From Vicugna vicugna (lineage: Eukaryota), in contig MU058139.1 in NCBI GenBank assembly GCA_013265495.1, forward strand, positions 310,001 through 374,000: a stretch of DNA of 64,000 nucleotides, in the 5' to 3' direction. Shown piece after piece: positions 1-13,659 of the stretch; position 1 is the stretch's first letter; each line of letters opens with the position of its first letter. A program made the position numbers and the translations under genes. The notes under the pieces were generated by a model. The model saw only the letters and a list, made by a program, of their open reading frames with translations. It searched no databases and was not told the DNA's origin.

Positions 1-434
1 CTAGGCCAAAGGCTTTTTCAGCCAGTTTCAAGAGAATAGCCCTTTGCAAAGGAATAGACTGAAGGCTAAAGAAAACTGGCACAGTTTCAGTGAAATGGCC
101 CCTGTTCCCGAAGGAATGGGTCAAAGGCTAGCCAGTTTCAATTGAAATGGTCTGATATCAAATCAGAAAGAAGTGCCCAACAACTACTCACGTGCAGAAC
201 AAAGTGTTGACCGGTAAGATGAAACTTTAAAATAGATCTTGAATAAAACCTGGAGATCTTCAAATGCAAACGGAGTGTGAGCTCAGATCCAAGAGAATAA
301 CATACATTTGAACTCTAGGGTCCACAGGAAAAGCAGTGAGTGACAGTGGGCTCAATCTGTGGGTACCACGCCTGTTTGCTTACCAGCCTAGAGCTGTCGT
401 GGGTCTCATCTGGTCCCTGTATAAGCCACCAAAA

Positions 435-763
435 TGTTGATCAGAAATTAATAGACTGCCAGCTATTTCTCCAGCAAAGATGGGTTTATTTAGGATCAGC
501 AGAGAATTGCAATTCTGGGTCTACAACTACGGTGAGCCACTGCAAATCCCTGCACAGGATGGGAGGGAGAATGCTTTTATAGAAGGGAAGAGAGAGCCCT
601 GAGGGCTACAGTAAACAGACTCCATGACTTCTCATTGGCTGAGTCCTTGCCAGAAAAGAGTCTTCTTCCTCTTGGGCTCTGCTGTCATCTCAAGGCACGA
701 GAGCGCCCCCTCCTGGTTTCCCAACTCTGTATAATTGAGATTTCTGTTTATTAGTTTTTTACA
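435..763 (-). mobile_element. Solo ERV LTR
   Basis: TG...CA termini; on the minus strand CCAAT (634-638), TATAAAA (575-581) and AATAAA (485-490) in U3-R order; TSD not clean. Confidence 0.65.
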
Positions 764-2185
764 GAACCTAGTGGTTGATTTGTAAAACCACTCTCGTATT
801 CCTCATTGAACTGTAAGCCTTTTGAATATGGACTAAGGATATGAAATCAACAGTAGGGTCACATCACATTCTGAGTGGTCTTAGGTTAAATTAATTAAAA
901 AATAATAATGTATTTTCTAGAAGTAGACAGTGAAAAGCATGTGGTCTGTGAAATGGGACTTTTTAATACTTGTAACATGCCTTGCTGGTAACGGATGCTT
1001 AACAAATATTGAATGATAAGATTTGGGTATTTAAATTGCCATTTAAAATTAAATGTTATTTATTTTACTATGTCACATAGTATTTATCAGGCTTTGGTTG
1101 GGGGTGCTAATTCTGTTTTTGAAAAACATCTACTTAGTAACTTACTGTTGAGAAAAGAGGACTGTTTTGAGGACACTGGTCTGTTTATTCAAAAAAAGTC
1201 TTGCTCCTTCTCCTAGACATGCCATTCTGTGCATTAAGAATGGATTTTTTAAAATGAGAGAGAAATCCTGTTTGTGGACCACGTTCAACCATCTCAAGTT
1301 GCTTTCTTTCAGTCCATCAATCAGACAGTGCCTGATGCAGGGTCCAAGTGGCATTGTGTCAAAACAAAGGCACCCTCTGAGTGCCTGAAAGGCACTGCAA
1401 GTTTAAGTTGCCACGTGGGGAAGAGGTTTTGTTTGCTTTTGTCTTGACTAAAAACCCAAAGTTCTTTATGATAAGAAATATATATATATGTATATTTATT
1501 TATTATGTATTTCTTTATTCAATAAGTATTTATTAAGTCCCTACTATGTGCTTATACGTGTAAGCACTTGTTATCCCCATGCTAGTTGCTTTGTATATAA
1601 AGCACATGTTACTCCCATAATAGATACTTTATATGTAATGATGAATAAAAGATGAACATTGTTCTTATGATAAAATCTGAAGCCCTTCACATGGCTTACT
1701 AGGTCTCATATTGCTAAATAAAAGGACTGCTTTGGGGTCTTTTTCCTCTTGGTCTTTACAACATTCACATTCTTGATCAATCTGATGTCCAGTGCTTATC
1801 AGGAGCTGGGCCAGGTACTGGGAATGTTTAAGACAGACAAGATCCCATTTCTTGATGTATTACTGGTAAGTTCAGGTCAAGAAGATATTTGTTTAAAACC
1901 TAAAGAGATTCGTTGCATCTGTAGGGGATAATCATGTCCATATAGGGCCACAGTTGTGATTACGGATGTTCACGTGTATAGCGCAAGGCTGATGCAGCCC
2001 TGATGTCCAATGAAAAGCTCTCCTCTGCCATTTCTAAAGTGTCTCACGTGGCAATCCAAAGATAAATGCAAATGGACAACACCGGGTGCTTCTTATAGAA
2101 AATGAGAGGTAGATACTCAAAGCAAGTATCATCCATTTTACTCTTTAAAGGTCACTAAATCCTGATTATTGCATCAACAAATCTT

Positions 2186-2344
2186 TTTTTTTAATTGAAA
2201 TACAGTCAATTACAAAGTGTCAATTTCTGGTGTCCAGCACAATGTCCCAGTCATGCATATACATACATATATTCTTTTTCATTTTTTTCATTAAATGTTA
2301 TAACAAGATATTGAACGTAGTTCCCTGTGCTACACAGAAGAAAC
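2186..2344 (-). mobile_element. 5'-truncated L1 3'UTR tip
   Basis: Poly-T end, L1 3'UTR sequence, 16-bp TSD tg(c/t)atcaacaaatctt at 2170-2185 and 2345-2360. Confidence 0.85.
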
Positions 2345-3139
2345 TGTATCAACAAATCTTAATGTCTCATCTTTTTCTTTTCTCATCCATCAGAAGTTAA
2401 TTTTGATGATTTCGTGTTACTTGCCTGAGTTTTACTTTTAAGATACAATTTGTGGAATGCAAGATGTTCCCCTTTATGTCGATGATAATGAGAAGGGTTT
2501 TACGGCAAGGCCTCTGAGTGAGTTATTTCTGCCCTGGTCTAAACTGTATCCAGATGGGAGCTTGGAAACATTCCCCTGGGGTGGGTGCAGAGCATATGAA
2601 AAGCATATGGAATACATCAAGTTCTAAAACACGGGGTTTGGATTGTGGACACTGCTGTGAAACTGAGTAGGGAGAAAAACTGGAGAAATTTATGATTGAA
2701 TCTGTAACACAAAAGGACAGGGGAGAAATAAAACCTAAAAAGAATTTTTTTTTATAAAACAGATATTTAAAGGAATTAACAGAAAATGTACCTTTTGCCG
2801 GCACAGTCCTTTTAAAATGCGATTGATCTTGGTTCAAGAATCAAAATGAGATAATGAGAAACAGTGATTGTACTATTTTTGTTTCACGTCCTATTTTTAC
2901 TAGCAGATCTGAGCCAACGTGTTTGGAAAGAAGGTAGATTTACTTATAAAATGAAGTGGCCTAAAACAAAGACTTCCAAGAACAAGAAAACTTTTTACAA
3001 AGTTTAATTTGATTCTTACAGATACCATCCTGCTATCATTTTTAATGAAATGTCTTTTTTCACATTTAGCATTGGATTTATACCAGTCTGGTACTAAAAC
3101 AGAAAAGACCTGCACTTAGCAATCTTTTGGGCCATTAGA

Positions 3140-3290
3140 CCAAACTTTAACGTGCACATTGATCACCTGGGATCTTTTTAAAATTCATATTCTGATTCTG
3201 TTGGTGGTAGGGCCTGATTCTTCAGTTCAAACAAGCTTTCGGGTGGTACTGATGCTGTGAGAGCATGTGCTGCACTTTGAGCAGAAAGGT
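3140..3290. mobile_element. MER5-like hAT DNA transposon relic
   Basis: caaactttaacgtgca...atcacctggga...attctgattc...cactttgagcag resembles MER5. Confidence 0.55.
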
Positions 3291-4189
3291 TTCAGGGGCA
3301 ATTTCATGTAAATTACCTGCTAAGGAAATTGAACACACTTCCTTCTGTTTTTCTGAGAATCAGAAGAACACGATTTTAGCATATTTATTGATAATATGTG
3401 GGTAACAAAACTGAGCCTAAATTTAAGCGCCAAACTTGGCAACCATCCTAAAGATGGATTCAGAACAAGTCTTTGCCAAAAATGATTGTAGGTATAAACA
3501 TTGTTTTACAAAGAATCTCCTGGGCAAGGAAGACAGTGGAGGTAAGACAAATGTGTTCGTTTAGCTTCAAGTGGATACTTCCTGAATCTTCTGCTGCTCC
3601 ATAATCAGTCCCAGCTTGCTTCTAAAACTATGTCTGGAATATAGATCCGGATGATCCACACTGTGGTCACCCGTGTTGATGGGCTTGTGAGAGCTGCAGA
3701 CTCATTGTCCAGCTAGAGACCTACCAATGCTAGTATCTGGCTTGAGGAGCTAATGGTGGAGCAGAGCTGACCAGTCTGCTCCAGTGCTCTGGGTGACAGT
3801 GAAAGCTCAGAGGCGTGTCTGATAGGGCGATCCCACTGTGGGACTCAATGTCCCAGAACCTCCAGGCTGGTAGTCTTTCCCTGAAGCATCCTAACCCATT
3901 AGCTGAAACAGAGCCCCAGGAGTGCGCTACACTTCCCATCATGTGAAATCTTGCACACATAATGTTGGGCATTGACTGAAAAATACACAACAGGGAAGTA
4001 AGTTTTCTATTCTCGAGACCGTTTTTTATGCTTTCCAAGTTTCTATTCTGTTGTCTTTCTAGGCCATTCTTTCTTCTCTTTATCTTGTCCTTCTTCTCAG
4101 CAAAAACTCTCTTCCATTACTTCTGAAAACAGAATAGTTTGTAATCACTTCATTCACCTTTTTTTTATCATTAAATTACTTTTTTCTTT

Positions 4190-6610
4190 AAAAATTAATT
4201 TAAATGAGTTAAACAGTATAGAGCAGCAAAAGTTTCCTATCCATATCCCTTTACCTTCTTGTCACAGAGATAACCCATATTTTGAATTTTATGTGAATCA
4301 TTTCTATGCATGTTTATATACTTTTATTATATATAGGTACACATATGTAATATATATATATATACATTTCTCCATACACACTACATAATGTTGCTTTCAG
4401 CTTTATGTTTTACATAAATGCAATCATACTTATTGATTTTACTACAACTATATTGAATTCATAGATTAATTTTGGTAGAATCTTTATTGACTCTTTATTT
4501 TTTTGAACTTGGGATATCTCACCAGTCATTTGTCTTCTTTTATGTCCTTCACTAAAATTTCATATTGTTTTCTGTAAAAAACTTACATTTTGTTACATTT
4601 ATTCCTACGCATCTTATTTTTATTGCCACTAAAAATGACATACGTTTTTAAAATTACAATGTACTCTGTCCATCTTACCCAAAATAACCCCCCTTAATTA
4701 CTTGAGTTTTTCCTCCTAGAACTTTTCACTGCCTCACTATTTTTCTATCTATTTGTTTATTATCTCCCTCTCCTTCTAGGGGGAAACATTGTTTCTTTTC
4801 TTCATTGTCCTGTCCCAGTGTCTGGCAATATAGTAAAGAGTTTGTTGAATGAATGTTAACTAAGTTACAGTGCATAAATTTTTGTTTGCTGGTATAAGGA
4901 AACCCTATTAATTTTTGCATTATCTTATCCAGCAACCATTCCATTCTCTAGAATGGCCAAAAATTTTGTTTCTTGTCTCCTGCTGTATCTTCAGTGCCTA
5001 GAAAAGGACCTGACAGAGAAACAAAACAAAACAAAACAAAAAAAAGAAAGAAAAAAAGTAAAAAAAAAAAAAAGGTACTCAGTATGTATTTATGAATGAA
5101 TGAGTGCTCTTGAATATGAATTGATTTTATAGGCCTTCTTTTCTAATTCTTACAACATGTGCCCCTTTTCCTTCTCTTACTGCCCTGGAAAATGCTTTAG
5201 TATATTGTGGAACAAAGTGATGAGAACAGGATTTCTTGTGTTGTTCCTCATTTAAAAGAAATGTTTAAATTTTTTTTTAACCTCTAAGTGTATTTTCTTA
5301 AGTGTTTGGTGGACATTTCTCATCCAGTTAAGAAAATTCCTTTTATTCCTAATTTTCTAAGAGTTCTTATGATGAATGGGTGTTCAGTTTTATCAAATGC
5401 TTTTTTCTGCAATTGTCGCTGACTCTTTTAATATATCTTTGCATTTGTTTTTCTCTTTTAATGCTTGTGTGTGTTGAATTGTTGTTGAATTGTTCTAATA
5501 GATCTTCTAATCTTAAACCATTGTGCGTTCAACTTGGTTAAGATTTATATATTTTACAGATTTATGGATTCATTTTGCTAATATTGTATGTAAGATTTTT
5601 CATCTGTATTACTGAGAGTGACTTAAACTTTTTCTTTCTTTGACCCCTCCTGACTGATTTTGCTCTCAAGGTGATATTAACTTCATTAAGTAAGTTGGAC
5701 ACTGTCATATTTTTAAAATTTTTTGTTACAACTTGCATAAGATTAGGATTGGGATATTGATTTGTTGAAGCTTTGGTAGAGTTTGCCTATAAAATAATCT
5801 GGGCTCAGATACTTGTTTTGTCTGCAGGAGTTTTTAATACTGATTTTTACTGATTTGATGGTCTTTTAGGTTTTTCATTTTTTCTTAAACTAGTTAAATT
5901 ACTGTATTTTTGTAAAAAATATTATCTAAGTGTTCAAATTTATTGACATGGGTTTTTAGTAGATTTCATTGTCATTTAAAAATTTTCTGATGTATCTTTA
6001 ATTTTGTCCTTTTCTTACTAGTAATATTGCTCATTTAAACTTTCTTTTATTCTTGATTAGTTTTATTGGAGGTTTATACTTTATTAATCTTGTCAAAGAA
6101 ATAGCTTTTTTAAAAATTCTTTTCTAGTATTTAAAGTTGTCCTGTTATTTCCTCTGCTTCTTTTGTGGGTTTTTTTTTCTGCTTTTCTAACTTCTGAGAG
6201 TAGACATCTAATTTATTTTTCTTAGTATTTATTCTTTTCTACTATAAACACTTAAGGTTATGAATTTCCCTCTAAATATTGCTTTTGCCACACTCCATAA
6301 GGTTTAATACACAATGTTTTCACTTTAATTTAGTCCTAAACATATTCTAATTTCCATTGTGATTTCTTGTTTAGCTCATGGTTTATATAGAAATGTGTTT
6401 TATGTATTCAAACTATGGAATCTTCTTGTTATCTCTTTGTGACCTAGTTCTAATTTCATCTAATAGTGCTCAGAGAGCATAGTTTTTAATAGGTTTAATA
6501 GTTTCTGAGATTTGATTCTTTGTCAACTATATTAATACTTTTTATACATGTTATTGGGCACATGAAAAGAATAAATGTAGAGAATTTGTAAATTCTAATT
6601 GTTGGGTGTT
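4190..6610 (-). mobile_element. Ancient degenerate L1 (L1M/L1ME-like), interrupted by L2 3' ends
   Basis: T-rich antisense ORF2-like sequence (e.g. ttttatcaaatgcttttttctgca, gaatttccctctaaatattgctttt); L2 tails near 4790-4860 and 4960-5105. Confidence 0.65.
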
Positions 6611-6799
6611 ACAGAAAGCTTGGTATTGTCTTGCTGTTATCGTAATTCATCATTTTGTGGAAATCACCAAAAATCATCTAATTGATTCCTGAATATGTTT
6701 GGAAAATAACCCTAGAGTGGAGTCTCTGAAACTGCCCCTTTAAAAGTTACTAATTTATTTTGAGTAACCAAATCCTATAGCCTGTTCTTAATCCTGGAT

Positions 6800-7925
6800 C
6801 TTTGCATCATTTGACATCCTTCATCACCCTCTCCATAATTCTCTCTTAGCTTCTGTGACATGACTTTGAATTTGTTTTTATCTTACTTTCTACACTACTC
6901 CTATGTTTATTATTTCCTCTCCCTTTCACTGTACTCAAAATATGGGTGTTCCCTAATCTGCTCTTTTCCTTTCCCTCTCTCTCTCTGTCTTTACTTATCA
7001 CTCCCCACTTATTCATTTCTAAACCCCCAATCTAGCCATGCTTCCACTATGACCACATATATACAGGTGGTAACACAGGTGGTAATGCAGCTGTATTTAC
7101 AAATACAGTCACAGAGGCTCTTTTGAAGCCCAAGCTTGGCACCATCAATTGGGTTGAACTGGTTGTATATTTGCAGCTCCTACTCTGGATAATCTCCTCT
7201 ACTCCATCCATCTGTTCATCCACCCTCACACCAGTACCAATTATCTTGATAATATCCAAGTTTTTTAAGCGTTAAGGCCAATTTTTAAAAGCATTCATTT
7301 AGCATCTACATGATCTGGACTCTTTATATATGTTACTAATTACAGTCAGATGAGGCAGATACTATTCCTACCCTCCCTTCCCTTATGTCATCATAACTGC
7401 AGAATACAAAGAAATTGAATATGCTTGAACACCTGCTTGCATTATTACAAATGCTATGCTTTCCCTTCCTCTCCAGAAATTAAGTACAGATGCCTTTGAT
7501 TGTTATTTAAGCTCTCCCAAAATTAACCCGTCAAACCACTCCAGCTATGCTTTCTTAAAGCACTCAATGTTCTGACCAATCTAGACCGCTCACAGGTTTC
7601 TAAATATGTCCCACCCTTTCTGCATCTGTACTTAGGTTGCCACGCATTCCATGCCCACCATTTCTGCACCTTAAATCCAGCTACTATTACATTTCAGTCT
7701 CAAAAAGTCTTTCCATCAAGCTACTACTGAGCTTCACCATCAGATACGATACCTCTGTCTCAAAATTCTTATCCCCACTTTATAGGTCTGATGGCACAAT
7801 ATTCTGCCTTATAATGATTTTTTCCCTGTATTCTTGCTTAGTGTTCCCCCAGAAAGAAAATTCCTTGAAGGCAGTGTATTAATTGTCTTCAGATCTCTCA
7901 CAAAGCCATTTCAACAAATTTGAGT
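6800..7925 (+). mobile_element. L2 LINE fragments
   Basis: C/T-rich L2-like sequence (gcatcatttgaca..., ttccttgaaggcag...). Confidence 0.55.
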
Positions 7926-8077
7926 GAAAGGAAATTTTTGAGTCAGCTAAAAGACATTGTGATCAAAATTAAAGAAAAAATGTTAAAAGTAAGCAGGTCA
8001 ACCCAGCTTGTGATTCAGAATAATTCCCAAATTTATCCTATCGGTTTAATCTCTTTAATTTTTTCCCCCCAAATCAG

Positions 8078-8283
8078 AACTTTCCAGCTGGAGGATTCTC
8101 AGGACTGTAGCAGAGATTTTGTGGAGCTCCGGGAAGGAAACTCCACTGGCCACTTGGTGGGACGATACTGTGGAAACACCCTCCCCCTCAATTACTCATC
8201 CGTTGTTGGGCATAACCTATGGGTCAGATTTGTGTCAGACGGCTCAGGAAGTGGCATTGGCTTCCAGGCTGCATTTGCAAAGA
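8078..8283 (+). CDS. CUBN: CUBN exon ~37, CUB12 C-half
   Basis: cag|A ACT TTC...AAG A|gtaagt; 206 nt; [20 protein letters not shown]...GFQAAFAK. Confidence 0.95.
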
Positions 8284-9201
8284 GTAAGTTGGTTCCACTA
8301 TAGTGATGGCTTCCAGAATGTTTCCTACAAACTAGAAAGGATAACAGTATTTTCAGTAATGCACTAAGAACAATGCTGATCTACCCCATTCCCTGATATT
8401 TCTTGTCTTTGTGGAATTTATTATATGAAATATGCAAAAAATTAAATTCTATGTGAATGGCTCATTAAGAGCCAGGGAGAGCATTCTCAGTGATTTTAAT
8501 ATTCTTTTTAACCTCTAGTGTCTACCCAATATTAAATTAAACTTTTTTCATGGTATTGTATTAAAGAGCTTTCTAAAGTGTTACGGTTCCAGTTTGGTAT
8601 ACTTAAATCAAACGTGTTCATTTGATCCCATAAAGTCTATGTTCTTCAGATTAAAAGCATTTAATGTAACTTTAGGATATGCTTAAGTGCCCAGATATTA
8701 TAATAACAAAGTATTCTCCTAATTGGATAAAATGTTAAATATTTTTATTTTCTAACTCAACTTTTTCATAATTAGCCACTCTGTATGTGATTTGAAAATG
8801 TCCATTTCTCTTATATAATTTAAAAAAACATATTTTATTCTTTTGTAAAACAAGAAAATAGGTACACCAAAATTATAGACCAGGGCTGGTAATACCCCTT
8901 CCCATGGCCCCAGGTCCTCTGGGGTCTGGGAACCCATTTTTCCATGAGAAGCTATTGCTTGTTTTCGCACTGTGTAGCCTGCTAAGGAGATGGAATTCCA
9001 TTCACAAAATCACCCTTCTCCAAGGAATTAATAGATAGCAGAGAAACCAAAAAGGAAGCAGTATTTCTTTCAGTGTTCAGAAAAGAAATTGCAGTCAGTT
9101 AGCAGTCCATCCTTTTCAAAACCCCTTTCCTTTTGTTTCTTTCATTTGATTAAAGAGCTTTTCCAAGTAGGTCTGATTTACTACTCTGTTTTCCTTCCTA
9201 G

Positions 9202-9386
9202 TATTTGGCAATGATAATATTGTGGGAACTCATGGGAAAATCGCCTCTCCCTTATGGCCTAGCAATTACCCTCGCAACTCCAATTACCAATGGATAGTGA
9301 ATGTGAATGAATCTCAAGTTATCCATGGTAGAATCTTGGAGATGGACATTGAAGGAACATTTAACTGCTATTATGACAAGTTAAAG
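9202..9386 (+). CDS. CUBN: CUBN exon ~38, CUB13 N-half
   Basis: tag|TA TTT GGC...TTA AAG|gtgagt; 185 nt; [20 protein letters not shown]...CYYDKLK. Confidence 0.96.
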
Positions 9387-9456
9387 GTGAGTTTCCAAGT
9401 GCAATCAATGTTTATAAATTTAGGTGAATTGCTACTGGCAAAAATTGATTTAAGTC

Positions 9457-9551
9457 GGGGAGAGTGGATATAGCTCAGTGGTAGAGTGCATGCTTAGCAT
9501 GCATGAGGTCCTGGGTTCAATCCCCAGCACCTCCATTAAAAAAATTTAAAA
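9457..9551 (+). mobile_element. Vic-1-like tRNA-derived SINE (short form)
   Basis: A box tagctcagtgg, B box ggttcaatccc, core gcatgcttagcatgcatgagg, A-rich tail. Confidence 0.85.
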
Positions 9552-9924
9552 CATAACAGATCCAAGTTAATGTCTATTCAAGCAGCTGCAAATGATATAG
9601 GATGATCTAGCCTACATCATGAGTACCCCCTCTAGGTTAGCTATACAATGGTAATTCTTTTGATTGGAAAAGTTAGATACCAGAATTCTGTATCTAACTT
9701 TTTTTTTTAAACATTATAATTTTTCTTTTGGGCTTTGTCTAAGCATATATATGTATCTTACTCATTCTTTCTTATATCCCATTATCCTATTTATTCTTAT
9801 GTTAGAGTGTTAAACATTTGAATGTGAATTTTAAAATAAATAAATATAAATATAAAGACTGTGGTGAACACTGTCATTCAGACATTAGTTATTATATCAA
9901 TTTCAGAAAGCCTATCAGATTATC

Positions 9925-10297
9925 TTTTATGTAGCTTTGTTGGGGTATATTTGACAAATAGTGTTTATACTTAAAATCTACAACTTGGTCTTCTGATATG
10001 TGTATACACTGTAAAATCATAATCATAATCAAGCTAATTAACATTTATCACCTCATATGCATACCATCTTCTTTATTTTTGGTGTGGTGAGACTACTCAA
10101 GATCTACCATCTTAGCAAATTTGAAGCATACAGTGTAGTATTATTAGCTGTAGTCACATTGCTCTGCATTACATCTTCTCAATTATTAATCTGGCAAAAC
10201 AAACTTTATACCCTTTGACCATTTCCCTATTTTTCGCTTCCGCCATCTCCTGGCAACTACCCTTCTACTGTCTGCTTCTATGGGTCTGACTATTTCA
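9925..10297 (-). mobile_element. L1MA-like 3' end
   Basis: caagctaattaaca...aagatctac...cttagcaaattt..., antisense of an L1MA 3'UTR. Confidence 0.7.
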
Positions 10298-11161
10298 TGA
10301 TCAGATCCTTGAAGGCCAAGGGTCTGTCTTATTCATTTTAGATCCACAGTGCTTCCCAAAGAATCCAGTACCTAATAGACGCTCATTATGTGTAGAAATA
10401 ATTATTAGATAATGTGAAATCTGAGCTTATATCATAGCTTCAATGGAGAAATTTGTAATAACACTTACAATGAACTTGTTCAGATTATTTAGAAGATGGA
10501 GGGAAGGATGTGAAATGTAGTTGGACACCATCCATCCACATGTGCAGCAAAAATAAATGTGCTCAAGATTATGTATTTGGAAACTATTACAAAGTACATC
10601 TCTAAATAGGCAATTTAGTATTTTGAACCAAATGGAAGAGATTTATTGAATGCTTTGAATATGCTGAGCCCTGGCAAGCTGTAATTCTTTTGTTGTTATT
10701 AATTCTGCTTACTTACTTCTTTAGAAATAGAACTCCTGGATACCTGTACAATTTCTCTCATTAAACTTTTCCTCTTTCTTACTGCTTTTCTGTTTTCTTC
10801 CTAATTCCTCCTTTGACCCCCCAGAGTACATTCAATCAGCACTATTGTGCAACTATCCCGGTTTCTACTTTTCCACCCCCAAATTCTACTGTAAATCATA
10901 TAATGAGCTACATCACAAGGAACATGTTCATTAATATAATCCTACAGGATGGATATAAATAATTTCAAAACACATTTAATTATTTGCAGTCGTATTTTAT
11001 ATCTCACAATACTTTTTATTTTAAACTAATATATAATATTACTTCATTATTTTTTCCATTATGATAAAATTATAATAAGTTATCCTTTTGGTTTTCTTTT
11101 TATTAAGAAAAACAGAGGTGATTGCCTAAAATCAGGGCTCTATTATGCCTTTTACATGCAG

Positions 11162-11354
11162 ATTTACGATGGGTCTGGCATTCATTCCCGCCTGATTGGA
11201 ACCTACTGTGGTACCCAGACCGACTCTTTTGGCTCCACTAGAAGTTCTTTGACATTTCAGTTTTCTTCTGATTCTTCAGTCTCGGGGAAAGGATTCCTTC
11301 TGGAGTGGTTTGCGATGAATACCTCTGTTGGACCTTTACCTACCATTGCTACAG
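11162..11354 (+). CDS. CUBN: CUBN exon ~39, CUB13 C-half plus linker
   Basis: cag|ATT TAC GAT...ACA G|gtgtgc; 193 nt; [17 protein letters not shown]...PTIAT. Confidence 0.96.
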
Positions 11355-12724
11355 GTGTGCTTGGTAATAAATAAAATTCTTTTTAGGGGCTGATATGTGT
11401 AGACTAACATTTCAAAGATTCCTACTAATAAGGGCCAAATACACAAACGAGTAAGTATTATAATTACAGTCTCAAAACCCTTCCTCCATGCATTCAAGTG
11501 TTCTTTTAATTTCACAAAAACATAAAAATTATGTTTACTTCCAACAAATGCTGATTTTTCCATTACACTTTTCATAATAATTAAGGGTTTGATATCCGTA
11601 AGCTATTCTACTTACAATTTCTAGAGGTCACTTAAGAGATTTCTGAAAGTTTGGTTTGCAAATACTATGCACACATACACACACTCATAATAGTTAAGGA
11701 TCAACTAATAGAAGTAACTGTTTTCCTTCTGTATTACATTTTAAGTATGACTTCAGAAATATTTCAGTTTGTCCTCAACTGGTTTTAAAAACTTCAAGTT
11801 TCAGGTAAAGTTGGCCTAAATTTTAAGCTTTTATTTTACTATTTGAGAGACATTTCTAATTCTCCCAGTAAGCAGTATTTTGGGAGACTGTGCTTTTTGC
11901 TTGAAAATATGTTTAAACAATCTTGAATGACTCTCTTGAATTTGAGGGTTGACATAGAATAAGCTCAGCAGATATTTCTTATAGCATATTCTCAGTCCTT
12001 GAAATATTTGATTGGGACACATTATCATAGGGTATCATTGAAGATTTTCAAACTTTGAACTTGTTCTGGGACTAAAGAGACCCTAAAAGTTTAGTCTACT
12101 TGCTGCTAACTTCTTGGGAATTTGTATCAGCAGAGATCACAGATAAAGGTGTAATTCACACTTTTATTTAATGCCTCTTAATATTCTGTCCTGAGATGGT
12201 TTTTTTTCCCTCTCTTATAAGGTACTTTGATAACACTGACTATGACTGTCTTCCTTAAAATATTTATTTATCTAGGAGTAAGGAGCCATCAGGAATTGCC
12301 CAATGTAATTTTGAGCTGTCACTTTAAGTCCGGATAGCTCTTATAAGTAAACTTGAATTAAGCTTTTTTTATATCCACACATCTCAAGTTAGGGAAGTAA
12401 TTTGTCATGCAAAACAATGTATCAACAAATATAATATAGTACTCAAAAATAGCAAGTTCTCTTCTCATATATATATTCTATAATTACGTTATTTAAATGG
12501 ATGATTGACTGTAATATCATAAATCTCATTTCTTTTAATGAAGAACAAGCAAAGGAGAAAATAAGTGGGTAAGAAAATTTTATAATTTACTAGTCATCTA
12601 GTTGGTGTAAATGAGTATTCCATGATGACCTCACATTCTGAAAGTTTCATTAAAATGAAAAAAAGCTTAATGTTTTAAAATGTATTAATATATTGAACAT
12701 TGTACCATTAGCATTCCTTATACA

Positions 12725-13010
12725 AACATATATTTAATTTATTTCAACAAATATTTATTGTGGGTTTATTATAGATACACTGAGGTAAGTGTATCCTGAC
12801 TAAGAAAGGAAATCAAGATATAGTGTCTACTCTCCAGGAGTTTAAAAGTAGTTGAGAAAGATAAAGCATTCATATGTCTGTTAAAAAATGATATAGTAAT
12901 TAAATGACTAAATAACAAAGCAGCTGGTACAGACAGTGAAAAGTCAATCAAAGGAAAGTGAGCCTATTGTGGACTAGGGTCATCTGAAGGAAATTAAACA
13001 TGTCAAGTAG
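12725..13010 (-). mobile_element. L2 3' fragment
   Basis: ttcaacaaatatttattg start, typical of an antisense L2 tail. Confidence 0.5.
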
Positions 13011-13021
13011 GAAATTTTTAG

Positions 13022-13415
13022 CGTATCAGTCAGGAAATACTTGGTTATGCTGCAGTAACAAATAATTCCAAGCTCTGAGTAGCTGAAAAACAATCAGACT
13101 TCCTTCTTGCTCATGTTACATATTCCCCATAGGTTAACTGGGGGCCTTGTCACCATCACCACTCCATAACTAGGCTGTTGGAGCTGACATTGTTTGGGAC
13201 ATTATCTGTGACCATGGCAGGAGGAAAGAGAGCCCGGCATGTCTCAGTCTAAAACTGCACAGTTTAAAAATGATGCATTTTGCTTGTAATGCATTGGCCA
13301 AAATTGGTCAAAAGGCTTCACCCAACCACAGAAGTATTAAGAAATGCATTTTCACCTTGTGTTTGGAAGTGAGGAGAGATGGAATATTTGACAAACAACA
13401 CTAATGACCCATAGT
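13022..13415 (-). mobile_element. MLT1-like MaLR LTR
   Basis: gtatcagtcagga...ggttatgctgcagtaacaaataa...cattggccaaaa. Confidence 0.65.
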
Positions 13416-13659
13416 CAGTTAATATGACAACTGCTTTGTATAAATTCAAGATCAGAAATACTTTATATAGAGGACAATTTTAACTTTTGAAGATACTGGA
13501 TAATATTCAAATATTCTACTTTAAGATTGCTTTTACTTGTCTTTTTTTTTTTTTTTAGTAATAGAACAAAGTAATTAAGACCTAGTCCTATAAAATTTTA
13601 CACTTATTTCTTGCTGGCCCCAGCAAGATTCAAACACGTTCTGGTATAAGACTCATAAG

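Noticed and set aside
1..8077. Additional CUBN exon or intronic poly(A) site before exon 37
   Set aside because: No CUB12 N-half peptide found; AATAAA hexamers are too common here to call without 3'-end data
9457..9540. tRNA-Ala-like sequence (also 23071, 23660, 46470, 59320)
   Set aside because: SINE heads with A-rich tails and variable acceptor stems, not tRNA genes
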